Sequence record: SRR31156797_4149
DNA: 38,291 nucleotides
Strand: one strand, 5' to 3'
This document shows positions 25,710-35,524 of the stretch, piece after piece. Below the pieces are notes generated by a model. That model ran no database searches. It was not told the origin of the DNA and saw only the letters and a list, made by a program, of their open reading frames with translations. A program made the position numbers and the translations under genes. Numbering within the stretch: the first letter of the stretch is position 1; each line of letters begins with the position of its first letter.

Positions 25710-28700
25710 TTAATCTAAACTCACTTTTGATTCCTTTACTTTAGGCTCAACATCACGAGAATCTAATTTTTTACCTTCCCAAAAACTTTGAGTTATTCTC
25801 TTGATATCATTCAATACCATAATTAACACTGGGAAAAACATCAAAATAAACATGGTTCCCACCAAAACTCCATAAGCCAATGCAATTGCCATAGGAATTA
25901 AAAATTGTGCCTGAAATGAATTTTCCAGAATCAATGGATACAAGCCAACTGTAGTAGTTATGGTTGTTAAAATTATGGCCCTAAATCTCGCTTTTCCTGC
26001 TTCTTTTACTGCAGAAATTGGTAGCATTCCTTCTTCCACAAATAAGTTGTATTTAGAGAGGAAGACCACAGCATCGTTAATGATCACTCCCGAAAGAGCA
26101 ACCATACCCCATACACTTAACATTGACACAGGAAATCCTTCTACTCCATGTCCCCAGGCAGATCCCAGCCACCCCAAAGGAATCATCATTAATACAATTA
26201 TTCCTTGTGTGAAACTTCTAAAGTGAATCATCACAATAAAAATAATGAGCATGAATGCAATTGAGAAATAGATTTTCAACTCCTCAATATCTTCAGCCGA
26301 CCTTTTTTGTTGTCCTTGATATTCTGGTCGAACATCCGGAAATCTACCTTCCAATTCAGGTAGAATCGTAGTCTCGATGTACTCTAAAATTGGAGGAACG
26401 GGTTCGCTTGGATCAATTAATTCTGCATCTACACGAATCTCTCTGGCTCCATTATAACGTTGAATACTAACTGGTCCTCTCAAAATCTCGTAATCAATCA
26501 ATTCTGACAATGGAAATTCTCCTTTCGGTGTGCGAATTCTCATGTCCTCCATTTGACCAATAAAAATTCGATCGCTTTTCGGATAACGAACCCAAACCTT
26601 AATCTCGTCTTTTCCTTCTTGCAAGCGCTGAGCTTGTCCACCAAAAAATCCCTGACGAATTTGGCTTGTAATAGATCGTAAATCCATTCCTAAATAGTAA
26701 GCTTTAGACTTCAAGCTTAACCTTACTTCACGACTTCCTAAAGGATTATTATCGTTAATATTATACAATGAAGCCATTTTTCGCAGCTCTCCCTGAAAGA
26801 AGTCATTTGCCTGATTCAGTTGTTCCAAATCATTACCTAGAAGAGATATCGAAACCGGTGCTCCCCATCTGTTAAAGGCACCGATAGTATATTTCTCCAC
26901 ATCATTAACCTCACCAATTTTCTCTTTCACTCTACCCGAAATATCAAAACTAGACACCGGAGCTCCTTCCATATCACGAAGTGTTACCGATAAATTACCT
27001 GCATGTGGTCCAACCTCTTGTCCTCCAAAAGCATTACCAGTTGATAATCCTGTATATTTTATAAAGGTGGCAGTATCCTGAAATTCTTCCTTCAATTCAT
27101 CATTTACTTCCCATACAGCTTTTTCAAACTCCTTCAGTTTCTGAATTGTAATATCCTTATTACTGCCTGGTTTGTAGGCAATGTTTATGTTGAAAGTATC
27201 GAAAGTTACATTCGGAAAAAAGGTGCTTTGAATAAATCCACCCTGAAATAAACCCATGGTTACAAAGAACAATGCTACCGGTATAAAAATTACAAACCAA
27301 CGCCATTGCACCAGTTTATCAAGAACGCCTGAATAAACATGATCACGAACGTAAAGAATTCCCTTCTCTATTCTTTGTCGAAAACGATTAAAAGCATTGT
27401 CTTTCCTCTCTCTATTTAAGACAATTTCATTCCCTACGTGACTAGGTAGAACGAATAGACTCTCGAATAAGGATAAACTAAGACAGGCAACAACAATAAA
27501 TGCCATCTCATATAAAAACTCCATATTCCCTGTAACCAATAAAAGAGGCGAAAAAGCGACCATTGTCGTTGTAACCGAGGTTAATACCGCAGGAACAACC
27601 TCCATAGTTCCATCAATTGCAGCTCTTCTAGGACTCTTCCCTTTCTCGAAATGAGAGTAAATGTTCTCTCCAATTACAATTCCATCATCAACTAGAATTC
27701 CAATAATTAGAATCATCCCGAAAAGGGAGATCATATTAATGGTAACTCCCATTAAGTTGGCAATGATAAACATGCCTAAAAAAGAAGCTGGAATTCCCCA
27801 GGCAACCCAAAGAGATAATCGAAAACTTAAGAATAAAGCCAGAGAAATTACAACCAATAATAGACCGTAACCTCCATTTTTATACAACAAAGACAATCTT
27901 GACTGTAACAAAGTCACAAAATCGAATGTGACTTCCAAAGTTGCATCATCATATTTTTCATTGAACTCCTTCGCATACTTGTTACAAAAGTCTGATATTT
28001 CTTCAAGGTCTTCCTCATTCAGTTTATTAACATTAATAGAAACCGCGGGGTTCTTATTCATATACGTTGAATTGGGAACATCCTGAAACTGAAAATGAAT
28101 TTTTGCTACATCTCGGATTCTGATATAACTACCGTCTGGATTTGCCTTTAGTATGATTTCTCCAATTTGATCCGGATCAACAGAGCGATTTCTTGTTCGA
28201 ATTAAGATTTCCTCGACCCTATTTTTTATCGCACCACCCGAAATATCAATATTATTGTTGGCAATAGCTCTCGAAATTTCATTAAAAGTAAGATTGTATC
28301 GTCTCAAATTATCCTCTTTTACCTCCACCGATAACTCCAATTTTGGAAAACCAGAAAGCGTAATTTGAGACATTTTCTTAGAACGCATCAAGTCATCATA
28401 GATATTATCAGCATATATTTTTAAGGTCAGCAAATCTACATTACCTGTAACCGCCATTCGAACCGCTGGTGTCGTTGATCTACGCTTAGCAATTACAGCC
28501 TTTTCAGCACCGGTCGGAAAGGATGGAATTCCATCAACAGCATTTTTTACATCTGCAAGGGTTTCATCCAAATCGTAATCGCCAGTAGTGGTAATTGTAA
28601 GGCGAGCAAAGCCTTCCGAAGAAACCGAATTCATCTCTTTAATTCCAACAATACCTCGAACTGCATCTTCCATACGAGAGGTAATTCCTTCCTCTACTTC

Positions 28701-28874
28701 CTTAGGTGAAGCTCCGGGAAAAACCATTGAAACTGTAATGGTTTTTGACTCCGTTTGAGGAAAAAATGATTTCTTCATAAACCACAAAGAAGCCCCACCT
28801 GCAATCAGCATTACGGCTATAATCATTTTCCCGTAAAACGGATATCTTACAAATTGTGATATAATATTTCTCAT
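25710..28874 (-). CDS. RND efflux transporter permease (AcrB/AcrD/AcrF family)
   Basis: 1054 aa; PGASP.EVE..IT..MED, GILVDDGIVIGENI proton-relay motif, RFRAIILTTITT..GL.P. Confidence 0.95.
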   Translation of the reverse strand: MRNIISQFVRYPFYGKMIIAVMLIAGGASLWFMKKSFFPQTESKTITVSMVFPGASPKEVEEGITSRMEDAVRGIVGIKEMNSVSSEGFARLTITTTGDYDLDETLADVKNAVDGIPSFPTGAEKAVIAKRRSTTPAVRMAVTGNVDLLTLKIYADNIYDDLMRSKKMSQITLSGFPKLELSVEVKEDNLRRYNLTFNEISRAIANNNIDISGGAIKNRVEEILIRTRNRSVDPDQIGEIILKANPDGSYIRIRDVAKIHFQFQDVPNSTYMNKNPAVSINVNKLNEEDLEEISDFCNKYAKEFNEKYDDATLEVTFDFVTLLQSRLSLLYKNGGYGLLLVVISLALFLSFRLSLWVAWGIPASFLGMFIIANLMGVTINMISLFGMILIIGILVDDGIVIGENIYSHFEKGKSPRRAAIDGTMEVVPAVLTSVTTTMVAFSPLLLVTGNMEFLYEMAFIVVACLSLSLFESLFVLPSHVGNEIVLNRERKDNAFNRFRQRIEKGILYVRDHVYSGVLDKLVQWRWFVIFIPVALFFVTMGLFQGGFIQSTFFPNVTFDTFNINIAYKPGSNKDITIQKLKEFEKAVWEVNDELKEEFQDTATFIKYTGLSTGNAFGGQEVGPHAGNLSVTLRDMEGAPVSSFDISGRVKEKIGEVNDVEKYTIGAFNRWGAPVSISLLGNDLEQLNQANDFFQGELRKMASLYNINDNNPLGSREVRLSLKSKAYYLGMDLRSITSQIRQGFFGGQAQRLQEGKDEIKVWVRYPKSDRIFIGQMEDMRIRTPKGEFPLSELIDYEILRGPVSIQRYNGAREIRVDAELIDPSEPVPPILEYIETTILPELEGRFPDVRPEYQGQQKRSAEDIEELKIYFSIAFMLIIFIVMIHFRSFTQGIIVLMMIPLGWLGSAWGHGVEGFPVSMLSVWGMVALSGVIINDAVVFLSKYNLFVEEGMLPISAVKEAGKARFRAIILTTITTTVGLYPLILENSFQAQFLIPMAIALAYGVLVGTMFILMFFPVLIMVLNDIKRITQSFWEGKKLDSRDVEPKVKESKVSLD

Positions 28875-28878
28875 TACG

Positions 28879-30000
28879 CTATTTCTGAATTTGAACTTTC
28901 ATATTTTCAGTTGCTTTCACAGGAGGTTCTATCACCAACACTTCTCCTTCTTTCAACCCATTAAAAACCAAAGTGTTTTCGTTGCGTTTTATTACAACAA
29001 TTTCTTTTTCTCTTAATAAGCCCTCTTCAACTACAAATACTTTATTAGAACCAAAAACTGCGTTTCGAGGAATTTCCATTGCATTTTCAATGGTTTTGCC
29101 ATGAAAACGAGCTGTCAAAAATTGTCCTTGATACAATTCCTGATTATTTGTCTTCTCAATCTTCACAAAAACAGAAATAGACTGAGTTCCCTGATCTACA
29201 AAATCAGATTTTCTTACCAGTCTACCTGTACATAGCACTTCTCCATTAGAATCAAGAACATCAACCTTTTCATTTAGTTGTAACCAACGTATATCGCTTG
29301 ATTCAACAGGAACCTGCAATTCCAATTTGTTTGATTCGATAATACCTGCCAATTTAGATCCCATTCCTGCAACCGAACCAATTTGTGTGTTCACAGCCAC
29401 ATAAGAACCATTAAAAGGAGCATATATTTTTCTTTTAGCAAGTTTTACCTCTGCACTTTTAATTGCATAATAGTCGCCTAATATATTTCGGCTTGCCATA
29501 AAAACTTTCTCCTGATCTGATTTTACTTTTGGCAGTTCAGGAATAGATTTTTCCAAATCAATGGAATTGAAAAAACTCATCCACACTGCAAAATTACCAG
29601 CATAATCAACTTTTATATCCGGTAAGTTTTCGGCAAGTTTATTCAGGAAACGACTTTTCTGAGCACGCAAATCCATCTTGGCATCTTCTTCGTAAATGCG
29701 GATTAGCAATTGTCCTTTTTTAAACTTCTGTCCTACCTTTAAAGGAACTCCAGTTTCGACAATTCGTCCTGTAACTTCCGAACTTAAGTTTACTTCCAAA
29801 TTCGAAGCTAATCTTCCCTTTTCAATTATAGGGGCAGAAATAGCGTGGTAAGCTACTGATTCAACTTTTACTATAGGAACTTTTTTACGGTCTTGATTCT
29901 TTTTAGGAGCTTTTTTTAAACTCGTCAATCCTTTCATCGCAAAAAATGATACGGCTAAAGTTAGCACGACCAAAAGTACGATTATTACTTTTCTATTCAT
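28879..30000 (-). CDS. RND periplasmic adaptor (membrane fusion protein)
   Basis: N-terminal anchor; SEVTGRI, G.KFKKGQLL, IYAPFNG, IPRNAV, GLKEGE. Confidence 0.92.
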   Translation of the reverse strand: MNRKVIIVLLVVLTLAVSFFAMKGLTSLKKAPKKNQDRKKVPIVKVESVAYHAISAPIIEKGRLASNLEVNLSSEVTGRIVETGVPLKVGQKFKKGQLLIRIYEEDAKMDLRAQKSRFLNKLAENLPDIKVDYAGNFAVWMSFFNSIDLEKSIPELPKVKSDQEKVFMASRNILGDYYAIKSAEVKLAKRKIYAPFNGSYVAVNTQIGSVAGMGSKLAGIIESNKLELQVPVESSDIRWLQLNEKVDVLDSNGEVLCTGRLVRKSDFVDQGTQSISVFVKIEKTNNQELYQGQFLTARFHGKTIENAMEIPRNAVFGSNKVFVVEEGLLREKEIVVIKRNENTLVFNGLKEGEVLVIEPPVKATENMKVQIQK

Positions 30001-30243
30001 CTATGATATTAGTTAGTGGATGTTTTTGATATTGTTTCAAATAGATTAAACTACTTATAAACAAGTAAAGATACTATTTAAAGATCTAGTTAAATAATAA
30101 TTTGGTTCATCTTAACAACTATTTAAGTAAAACACTTTTATCTGAAATAAAACTTTTTAGGGCTATTATTCGTTCTCTTATAAATACAATTGTAAGTTTT
30201 CAGAAAAAATTACGATTTTTGTTTGCTCTAAAAAAAATGAAAC

Positions 30244-30516
30244 ATGGATCAGGATAAATACAACAGAATTAAGCAACAATTATTTGAATCTACACAATGG
30301 CCATCGTTGTATATGTTCAAATTTATTGTTCCTAATAACGAGGATAAATTAAATGCCGTAAAGAACCTATTTCCTGAGGATACTGAATTTTCATATAAGA
30401 CATCTAAGGATATTCGATTTATAGGCGTAACGGTAAAAAAAATTATGAATTCGGCGGATGATGTTGTGGAAGTATATTCAAGAGCTCAGGGAATAAAAGG
30501 CATTATGTCTTTATAA
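30244..30516 (+). CDS. DUF493 (YbeD-like) protein
   Basis: WPSLYMFKFIVP ... I.GIMSL, the Bacteroidota DUF493 pattern. Confidence 0.88.
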   Translation: MDQDKYNRIKQQLFESTQWPSLYMFKFIVPNNEDKLNAVKNLFPEDTEFSYKTSKDIRFIGVTVKKIMNSADDVVEVYSRAQGIKGIMSL

Positions 30517-30607
30517 ATCTGATTCTAACACAGGCAGAATAAAACTTACGCCATCAATTTTTTATTTAAATTCGTCATTCAAAAAATAAAAACTAACAAA
30601 ACTTCAA

Positions 30608-31627
30608 ATGATCAGTACATCAGATTTTGGTAGTACTCCTTCGGGGGAAAATGTCAAATTATTTACCCTTTCCAATCAAAATGGCGTTCAAGCCAAAATC
30701 ACAAACTATGGTGGAATTCTAACTTCATTCATAGCTCCTATAGAGGGTGTTGATAGAGAAATGGTACTAGGTTTTGATACATTACAAGAATATACCAACA
30801 AGAATTATTTAGATAACTATCCTTATTTTGGAGCCCTAATTGGTCGATTTGGAAATAGAATTGATCATGGTAAGGTCACAATCAATGGAAAAGAATTACA
30901 ACTTCCCTGCAATCATTCTCCTCATCATTTACACGGTGGTAATATCGGTTTTGATAGAAAAGTTTGGAAGGCTAAAGTCGTAAATGAATCTGAATTGCAT
31001 CTAAATTATTTTAGTGTTGATGGCGAAGAAAACTTTCCCGGTAATGTCAATACAACTGTAATTTATAGCCTTTCAGATGAAAATGAACTTCAAATTAAAT
31101 ACGAAGCTACTACTGATAAAACTACACCGATCAATCTAACACAACACTCTTATTTCAATTTATCTAATAACTGTTCAAACATATTAGATCATGAATTACA
31201 GATTGATGCAAATTATTTATTGGAAACAAATGATTTTTTAATTCCGAGTGGAAAATTATTAAATGTTGAAAACACTTGTTTCGATTTTAGAAAAAAAAAG
31301 GCAATCAATCAGGATATCGAAGAAATAGAAAACTATGATGATTGCTTCGCATTTGGCGAAACAACATATACTCCAAGAAAAGTTGCTGAATTAATTTCTC
31401 CTGATAAAAAGGTGAGTATAGAAGTCATCACTACTTTTCCAGGGCTTCAGGTTTACACTGGCAAATATATTAGTGCAGGAGAAAAAAGAAGGTTCGAAGC
31501 ATTTGCTGGTGTTGCTTTAGAGGCTCAAGGATATCCCGATGCTCCAAACCATCCATCTTTTAAACAGGGCTGGCTCGAACCCGGAGAAATTTACAAACAA
31601 CAAACGAATTACAAACTGATATTTTAA
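30608..31627 (+). CDS. galM: Aldose 1-epimerase (galactose mutarotase)
   Basis: YFGALIGRFGNRI, HLHGG..GFD, NLTQHSYFNL, PGLQVYTG, ALEAQ.YPDAPN. Confidence 0.95.
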   Translation: MISTSDFGSTPSGENVKLFTLSNQNGVQAKITNYGGILTSFIAPIEGVDREMVLGFDTLQEYTNKNYLDNYPYFGALIGRFGNRIDHGKVTINGKELQLPCNHSPHHLHGGNIGFDRKVWKAKVVNESELHLNYFSVDGEENFPGNVNTTVIYSLSDENELQIKYEATTDKTTPINLTQHSYFNLSNNCSNILDHELQIDANYLLETNDFLIPSGKLLNVENTCFDFRKKKAINQDIEEIENYDDCFAFGETTYTPRKVAELISPDKKVSIEVITTFPGLQVYTGKYISAGEKRRFEAFAGVALEAQGYPDAPNHPSFKQGWLEPGEIYKQQTNYKLIF

Positions 31628-31630
31628 TTC

Positions 31631-31660
31631 AAAGGCTGGTTTACTAACCAGCCTTTTTTT
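31631..31660 (+). terminator. Intrinsic terminator of galM
   Basis: AAAGGCTGGTT-tact-AACCAGCCTTTTTTT. Confidence 0.9.
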
Positions 31661-31842
31661 ATTTTGCCCTCCATTGATACATGACTTTTATCATGTTTTA
31701 ACTCACATTCAAAAACTTTCCTATTTAGAAATCAAAAAATATCTGAAATTTTTCTCAATTTTATAATTTCACTACACCCATTGTTTTTTCAATAGTTCAG
31801 GCACTTTCACTTTATCTAATCACAAAATATTTTTAAAATTTT

Positions 31843-31886
31843 ACTACCAACTAGTATGTACTGGTAGTTATTTTTATATATATTTG
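31843..31886 (+). promoter_or_regulatory. Promoter (-7 TATATTTG) with an overlapping palindromic operator candidate
   Basis: TATATTTG at 31879-31886; inverted repeat ACTACCA-N12-TGGTAGT at 31843-31868 covers the -33 region. Confidence 0.55.
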
Positions 31887-32320
31887 CTGCAAAGGTTTTC
31901 AGTTAAACCAAATTATTGAATTGTTGAAGTGAATATTAACCAATCATTTTCTTAGATTCATTACCATGCAAAAGCAAATAATTGTACAACTCGTATATAG
32001 ACATTCACATCGTGGACTTTTTGAATGTTTAATTTGTTGATCACCGCTTCTAATTTGAATAGCTACCAACTATTCAAAATCTCAGTGCTCCAATTCTTGA
32101 GCAACCAAACTAGTATGCTATAATACTTTAATGAAAGTAAATGATATGTTCCATCGAAATGAGGAACAATTGTAATCTAAAATTTCTTTTATGAAGTAAA
32201 AAACAGAATTAAAGACAACAGGGAAAGCTACCAACAATCCCTGTTCTCAAATAATAATTGCTTGTTGTTCCATGCTTAAAACTTAAGAACAACAAACTAA
32301 CTTTTAACGCATCTAAATTT

Positions 32321-35300
32321 ATGAAAAAAAACGCAAAAACTGCTGCGGGGATATTTTCCGTGCAGTCTGGCTTCGTTTCATGGATCATGAAACTTTGCAT
32401 TTTAGCTGTAATAATGGGTCCACTACCCTGTAATGCAGCAAATTCTGTGAAAGCTAACTCTCTACAACAAAATCAAAAAAACATTTCGGGAACCGTAGTT
32501 GATGATCAAAACCTGCCATTAATTGGTGTTAACATTATAGTAAAAGGAACATCAACCGGTACAGTAACTAACTTTGATGGAAAATTCCAATTATCAGTAC
32601 CTGAGAATTCTGTAATTCAGTTCTCATTTATTGGTTACATCGACCAGGAAGTTGCTATAGAGAATCAAACTGACTTTAGCATTATTCTTAAGGAAGATGT
32701 ACAAGGCTTAAACGAGGTTGTAGTTGTTGGTTATGGTGTTCAGAAAAAGAGTGATTTAACTGGAGCTGTAGCTTCTGTTAAGGCCGAAGATTTAGCCAAA
32801 ACACCATCGTCAAATCCTGTTAACTCATTACAGGGTAAGGTTGCGGGTGTTACCATCACAAAATATGGTGGTGCTCCAGGCTCTGGATCAAGTATTACAA
32901 TACGTGGATTTGGAACCGTAGGTAATAATGATCCTTTATATATTATCGATGGTTTACCTGGTTCAATGTCACTTTTAAATCCTGACGATATCGCATCATT
33001 CGAGATCTTAAAAGATGGTGCTGCTGCAGCAATATATGGATCTAGAGCTGCCAATGGCGTTGTATTAATCACCACCAAAAAAGGAAAAAAAGGTAAAATC
33101 AATGTTGATTTTAATATGCATGTTGGTCAAACAAAGGCGATTGATCAATTGGACCTATTAAATTCTGAAGGATATGTAAATGTTCACAAAATGATGTATG
33201 ACAATTACAATCAATATGCATCTTCAGGTGATCAGGTAGCACTACCAAATTACATTACGGCGCCAATTGAGGCAAACACAGATTGGCAAAAAGAGGTTAA
33301 CAGAACGGCTCTTCAACAAAATTACAATCTAAGTATTAATGGTGGTAACGATCTTGGATATTATGGTTTATCTGGAAGTTGGAATGACGAAGAAGGAACT
33401 CTTATTGGAAGTGATTATCTTAAAAAGACCCTACGTGCAAAGCTAGGTATGACCAAAGGTCGATTAAAAGTAGATGGAAATATTTCATATGCCGAAACCA
33501 ACTCTGAAAGTAAGAAATTTTCTTTAAGAGATACCTATAAATTGACTCCACTTATCACTCCTTTTGACGAAGATGGTAATGTACAGCTTACTTCTGGAGA
33601 TATGCCTACAAATGCAAATCCATATGCCAATCATTTGAATGTAAAAGGTGAAACTGATTTGCAATATTTCTCTGCAAATGTAACAGGACGACTAAAAATT
33701 ACTGACTGGTTATCATATCAAGTAAACCTTGGCTTGGTCAACAGCAATAAAAAAGAATGGAATTATCATTCAAAATTCGATAGAAGCCCTAAAGATGGTG
33801 AAGATTGGATCTACTATGGTGAAGAAAGAAATAACTACCGCAGCCAAATCATGGAGCATTTGTTAAACCTTCAGAAAGATTTTGGCAAACACTCATTTAC
33901 TTCTGTTCTTGGTTACACCGCATCTAAAACAACCAATGACTGGATTGGAGCAAATGTAACTGGTAAGAAAACGGTTTACTCTGTTGAAGATGGAGATTTG
34001 GTAACTGAAGATGTTCCTGGCGGATTCTTAGATCCAAGCTGGACAACTTTAAATGCCGGAGAAGGTGGAACATACGCAGCCTATGGCAGCAGAAACAAAT
34101 ACACCAGAACTTCTATTTTAGGTAGAATCAATTATTCTTACGATAGTAAATACCTATTTCAAGTTACCGCTCGTAGAGATGGATCTTCAAAATTTGGATC
34201 GGATTCACGTTATGGAACATTCCCATCGGTTGCATTTGGTTGGAGAATAACTGAGGAAGATTTCATGTCGAGCAATGATTTTATTGACAACTTAAAACTA
34301 CGTGCAAGTTGGGGTAAATTAGGAAATGAAGGAACTTTAGGTCTATACGATCATCAGGCATTAATTAGTACTAGTACAGATTATGCTTTAGGAGCTGTAA
34401 GAGGTTCTGGTGCCAATCCTTGGACTGGCAGTATTGCAACTGGTCTTGAAAATAGAGAATTGCAATGGGAAACTACTATATCTAAAAACTTTGGATTGGA
34501 TTTCGCTTTCTTAAATAGTGCGTTTATTGGTAGTGTAAATTATTACAATACTTCTACCGAAGACATGCTAATTTACCGTCAGTTACCTGGATCTGCAGGT
34601 TTGGATAATCCAGTATTAAACGTTGGTGAAATTGAAAATAAAGGTCTTGAATTTGAATTATCTTACTACAAACAAAATGGAGAATTTAAATTTAACATTA
34701 ACACAACCTTAACTACAACTAAAAATAAGGTAATCAAATTGGCTAACACCGATCAATCTTTATTTGGTGAAGGTTTAAAATTTGGTGATTCTCATTTCCC
34801 AACTCAAACTAAAGTAGGATATGAAATTGGTGCATTCTTCCTGTACAAAACAGATGGAATTTTTCAATCAATGAATGAGGTGAATGCTCACACAGGCGCA
34901 GAAGGTGCATTGCTACAAGAAAATGCAAAACCTGGTGATATTAAATTTGTTGATACCAATGGTGATGGTGAATTAAATGAAAAAGATAAAGTTTATTCTG
35001 GATCAGGAATTCCTGATTTTACTTACAGTATAAACCTTAATGCATCGTACAAAGGTTTCGATTTTTCTATGCTTTTCTATGGTGTGCAAGGAAATAAAAT
35101 TTACAATGGTAATCGTTACTATTTGGAAAATATGGCTTCCGGTCAAAATTTCCTAAGATCATCGCTAAATGCATGGACTGAGACAAATACTAAAACCAAT
35201 ATTCCAAGAGCCGTTTTAGGTGATCCAAATTTAAACTCACGTGAATCTGATCGATTCCTTGAAGATGGTTCGTTCCTTCGTATGAAAAATATTGAACTTG

Positions 35301-35506
35301 GATATACACTTCCAAAAGCAACAATCAGTCGCTTAGGTTTAACCAAATGTAGAATTTACGTAAATGCACAAAATGTTTGGACATTAACTGATTATTCTGG
35401 TATTGATCCTGAAGTTGGACGTGGTGACGTTAGAAACTTAGGTATCGACAGAAGTTTCTACCCTATCAATAAATCATTCTTTGCTGGTATTCAATTATCA
35501 TTCTAA
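32321..35506 (+). CDS. susC: SusC/RagA family TonB-dependent transporter
   Basis: LNEVVVVGYGVQKKSDLTGAVASV, LKDGAAAAIYGSRAANGVVLITTKKG, RRDGSSKFG, C-terminal Phe. The start is placed at ATG 32321 (MKKN) instead of the TTG at 32258. Confidence 0.95.
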   Translation: MKKNAKTAAGIFSVQSGFVSWIMKLCILAVIMGPLPCNAANSVKANSLQQNQKNISGTVVDDQNLPLIGVNIIVKGTSTGTVTNFDGKFQLSVPENSVIQFSFIGYIDQEVAIENQTDFSIILKEDVQGLNEVVVVGYGVQKKSDLTGAVASVKAEDLAKTPSSNPVNSLQGKVAGVTITKYGGAPGSGSSITIRGFGTVGNNDPLYIIDGLPGSMSLLNPDDIASFEILKDGAAAAIYGSRAANGVVLITTKKGKKGKINVDFNMHVGQTKAIDQLDLLNSEGYVNVHKMMYDNYNQYASSGDQVALPNYITAPIEANTDWQKEVNRTALQQNYNLSINGGNDLGYYGLSGSWNDEEGTLIGSDYLKKTLRAKLGMTKGRLKVDGNISYAETNSESKKFSLRDTYKLTPLITPFDEDGNVQLTSGDMPTNANPYANHLNVKGETDLQYFSANVTGRLKITDWLSYQVNLGLVNSNKKEWNYHSKFDRSPKDGEDWIYYGEERNNYRSQIMEHLLNLQKDFGKHSFTSVLGYTASKTTNDWIGANVTGKKTVYSVEDGDLVTEDVPGGFLDPSWTTLNAGEGGTYAAYGSRNKYTRTSILGRINYSYDSKYLFQVTARRDGSSKFGSDSRYGTFPSVAFGWRITEEDFMSSNDFIDNLKLRASWGKLGNEGTLGLYDHQALISTSTDYALGAVRGSGANPWTGSIATGLENRELQWETTISKNFGLDFAFLNSAFIGSVNYYNTSTEDMLIYRQLPGSAGLDNPVLNVGEIENKGLEFELSYYKQNGEFKFNINTTLTTTKNKVIKLANTDQSLFGEGLKFGDSHFPTQTKVGYEIGAFFLYKTDGIFQSMNEVNAHTGAEGALLQENAKPGDIKFVDTNGDGELNEKDKVYSGSGIPDFTYSINLNASYKGFDFSMLFYGVQGNKIYNGNRYYLENMASGQNFLRSSLNAWTETNTKTNIPRAVLGDPNLNSRESDRFLEDGSFLRMKNIELGYTLPKATISRLGLTKCRIYVNAQNVWTLTDYSGIDPEVGRGDVRNLGIDRSFYPINKSFFAGIQLSF

Positions 35507-35524
35507 TCTACAAGAAAAAACAAA

